The notes under the pieces are model-generated. The model did not search any database, was not told the DNA's origin, and was given only the letters and a program-made list of their open reading frames with translations. DNA of 63,645 bases, filler included, from Octopus bimaculoides (taxonomy: Eukaryota): the NCBI RefSeq assembly GCF_001194135.2. It is 8 parts of 7 records of this genome, joined end to end, with 100 filler letters (N's around TTAATTAATTAA, not from the genome) between each part and the next. Parts side by side here need not be neighbours in the genome. Positions count along the whole stretch, not along the records: positions 62,010 to 63,645 come from NC_068996.1; 7 more parts are not named here. The stretch is one strand, 5' to 3'. The position numbers and the translations under genes are program-made. Of this stretch, positions 61,910 to 63,645 are shown one piece after another. Within the stretch, counting starts at the first letter, position 1; every line of letters begins with the position of its first letter.

Positions 61910-62845
61910 NNNNNNNNNNNNNNNNNNNNNNNNNNNNNNNNNNNNNNNNNNNNTTAATTAATTAANNNNNNNNNNNNNNNNNNNNNNNNNNNNNNNNNNN
62001 NNNNNNNNNATATATTTCGGGAAGACCATTTTTTTCCGTTGCCAAATAAACACACGCACCATATATATACTCGTTCTTCACTTCAACTTTATTATTCTTA
62101 TTCTAGTGTTCTTTGTCTGAAATCTTTCGTCACACACCCTGTGATCTCTTCAGCGACAAATTATCCCACGTCCCTTCCTGTTCTGTGTAGTCCAGTTTGC
62201 CTTTCAGTCTTGTGTGTGTGTGTGCGTGCAATCTCATTAGTGTCAGTACCATGAAAAGAAAAATGCAGCGAATGCACATTTTAAATTTGACATTGGAGTA
62301 CGACGTAGTCCTGCGCTGTTCGCCGAATCCTGTTCAGCCGTCCAACCCATGCTAGCATGAAAAAATGTACGTTAAATGATGGTGATGACACTCCTTTGCA
62401 AACATTTTACGGGCTTTTTCTTATTTAAAAATAATCTCCATTTAGTTAGTTTTCTCGCAGTTATACTTAATAACCCATCCAGTGTACGGTGTCACAAATA
62501 CTTCGCGACAAAACCAACAAAGAAAATGATAAAGTTTTGGAATTGGAGGGCTCAGGTGGGTAAAAGAAGAACGCTTGTCACATTGTTGGCGAGTGAATAA
62601 ACTATATTCTCCCAAGAGTCGCACTGTTATATTGGTGACTATACCCCTAGATAGACTCTTGTCTTTCAAACTTGCACGCTTCATTAAATTGCGTATTCTC
62701 AAGAGAGGTGCATGACTAGCTGTCAATTGTCACTTTGTCTGTCTGTCTGTCTCTCTCGCTCCTTCATTCCATCTCTCTATCTATTTATCTGTTTCTCTGT
62801 TTGAATCGGTGTGTCTGTGTATCTGTCTGTCTGTCTGTCTGTCTC

Positions 62846-62880
<35 letters not shown>

Positions 62881-63261
62881 GCCACTCTCCATCTATCTAT
62901 CTCTATGTCTATCTACATGTGTTTATGTGCACACATGTCCCCGACACACACGCGAGCGCGCGTGTATACATACATACACACGCATACATACATGCATGCA
63001 TACATACATACATACATGCCCCTCCTCCTCCTTCTGAATCTTTCCCTGTTTCTCCCCATCTCTATCTACATTTTCGTGATATGCCAGTCAAAAATCCTAC
63101 TACGTGAATATTCTATTATATGACTGACGTTTGGGGTTCCCCACTGTTGATTGCTTATTATGATGGTCCTTTGTCTTTTATGCCTGCTGCCTCCCAAATT
63201 AGGGGAACATATATCGCTTAGATATATTTCTCTTCACTGATATCACGCTTGATAGTTGTCT

Positions 63262-63287
63262 GTCTATCTATCTAATCTATCTATCTA

Positions 63288-63377
<90 letters not shown>

Positions 63378-63468
63378 GTGTCTCTATCTATCTGTCTGCC
63401 TGTCTGTCTCTATCTATCTATCTATCTGTCTGTCTATTTCTATCTATCTATCTATCTGTCTGTCTATT

Positions 63469-63541
<73 letters not shown>
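63262..63541. repeat. (TATC)n microsatellite with variant units
   Basis: Directly visible; includes a duplicated ~28-bp higher-order variant. Confidence 0.95.
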
Positions 63542-63542
<1 letters not shown>

Positions 63543-63645
63543 CACTACTGCGGAAGCTGGCAACGCTGAGGGGCATCCCGCGAGAGTTGGGATGCGGGAC
63601 GAGCGTGTCGGCATACGCGGACGACGTCACCGTCATAGTGTCTAG
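63542..63645 (+). mobile_element. Tx1/L1-like LINE RT fragment (5'-truncated, runs off the window)
   Basis: The open frame PLLRKLATLRGIPRELGCGTSVSAYADDVTVIVS has YADD at 63614-63625. CpGs are intact. Confidence 0.85.

Noticed and set aside
320-63645. Most ORFs in the supplied track (poly-IY, poly-HT, poly-CV, poly-N/D/I, X-filled)
   Set aside because: They are translations of microsatellites or N gaps, open only because these lack stop codons.

Overview
AT-rich, microsatellite-dense, gapped eukaryotic DNA. The SINE and RTE repertoire looks like an octopus (coleoid cephalopod) genome; this is inferred from repeat recognition, not from a search. Most of the window is intronic or intergenic and is packed with decayed mobile elements: tRNA-derived SINEs; RTE, CR1-like, Tx1-like, R4/Dong-like and Hero-like LINEs; Tc1/mariner relics including a TIR-bounded DD37D (maT) element; several Penelope-like elements (PLEs); a 9-bp-TSD foldback MITE; and a possible solo LTR. 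Host coding signal is sparse. There is one convincing 288-codon minus-strand ORF (5992-6858), probably a terminal exon, plus two isolated exon candidates (51607-51798 minus; 27205-27251 plus, RGG-type). The best observations are: (1) about eight hammerhead-ribozyme-like motifs with palindromic stem III, one directly behind a PLE GIY-YIG domain; (2) a 144-nt AG-free zone with a distant branch point ahead of the 288-aa ORF; (3) two identical perfect RFX X-box palindromes with unrelated flanks; (4) a cluster of fold-backs and locally templated insertions. Seven artificial N44-TTAATTAATTAA-N44 linkers mean adjacency across them is unproven. Nearly all ORFs in the supplied track are microsatellite or N-gap artefacts. 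There is no CRISPR array, rRNA or true tRNA gene.
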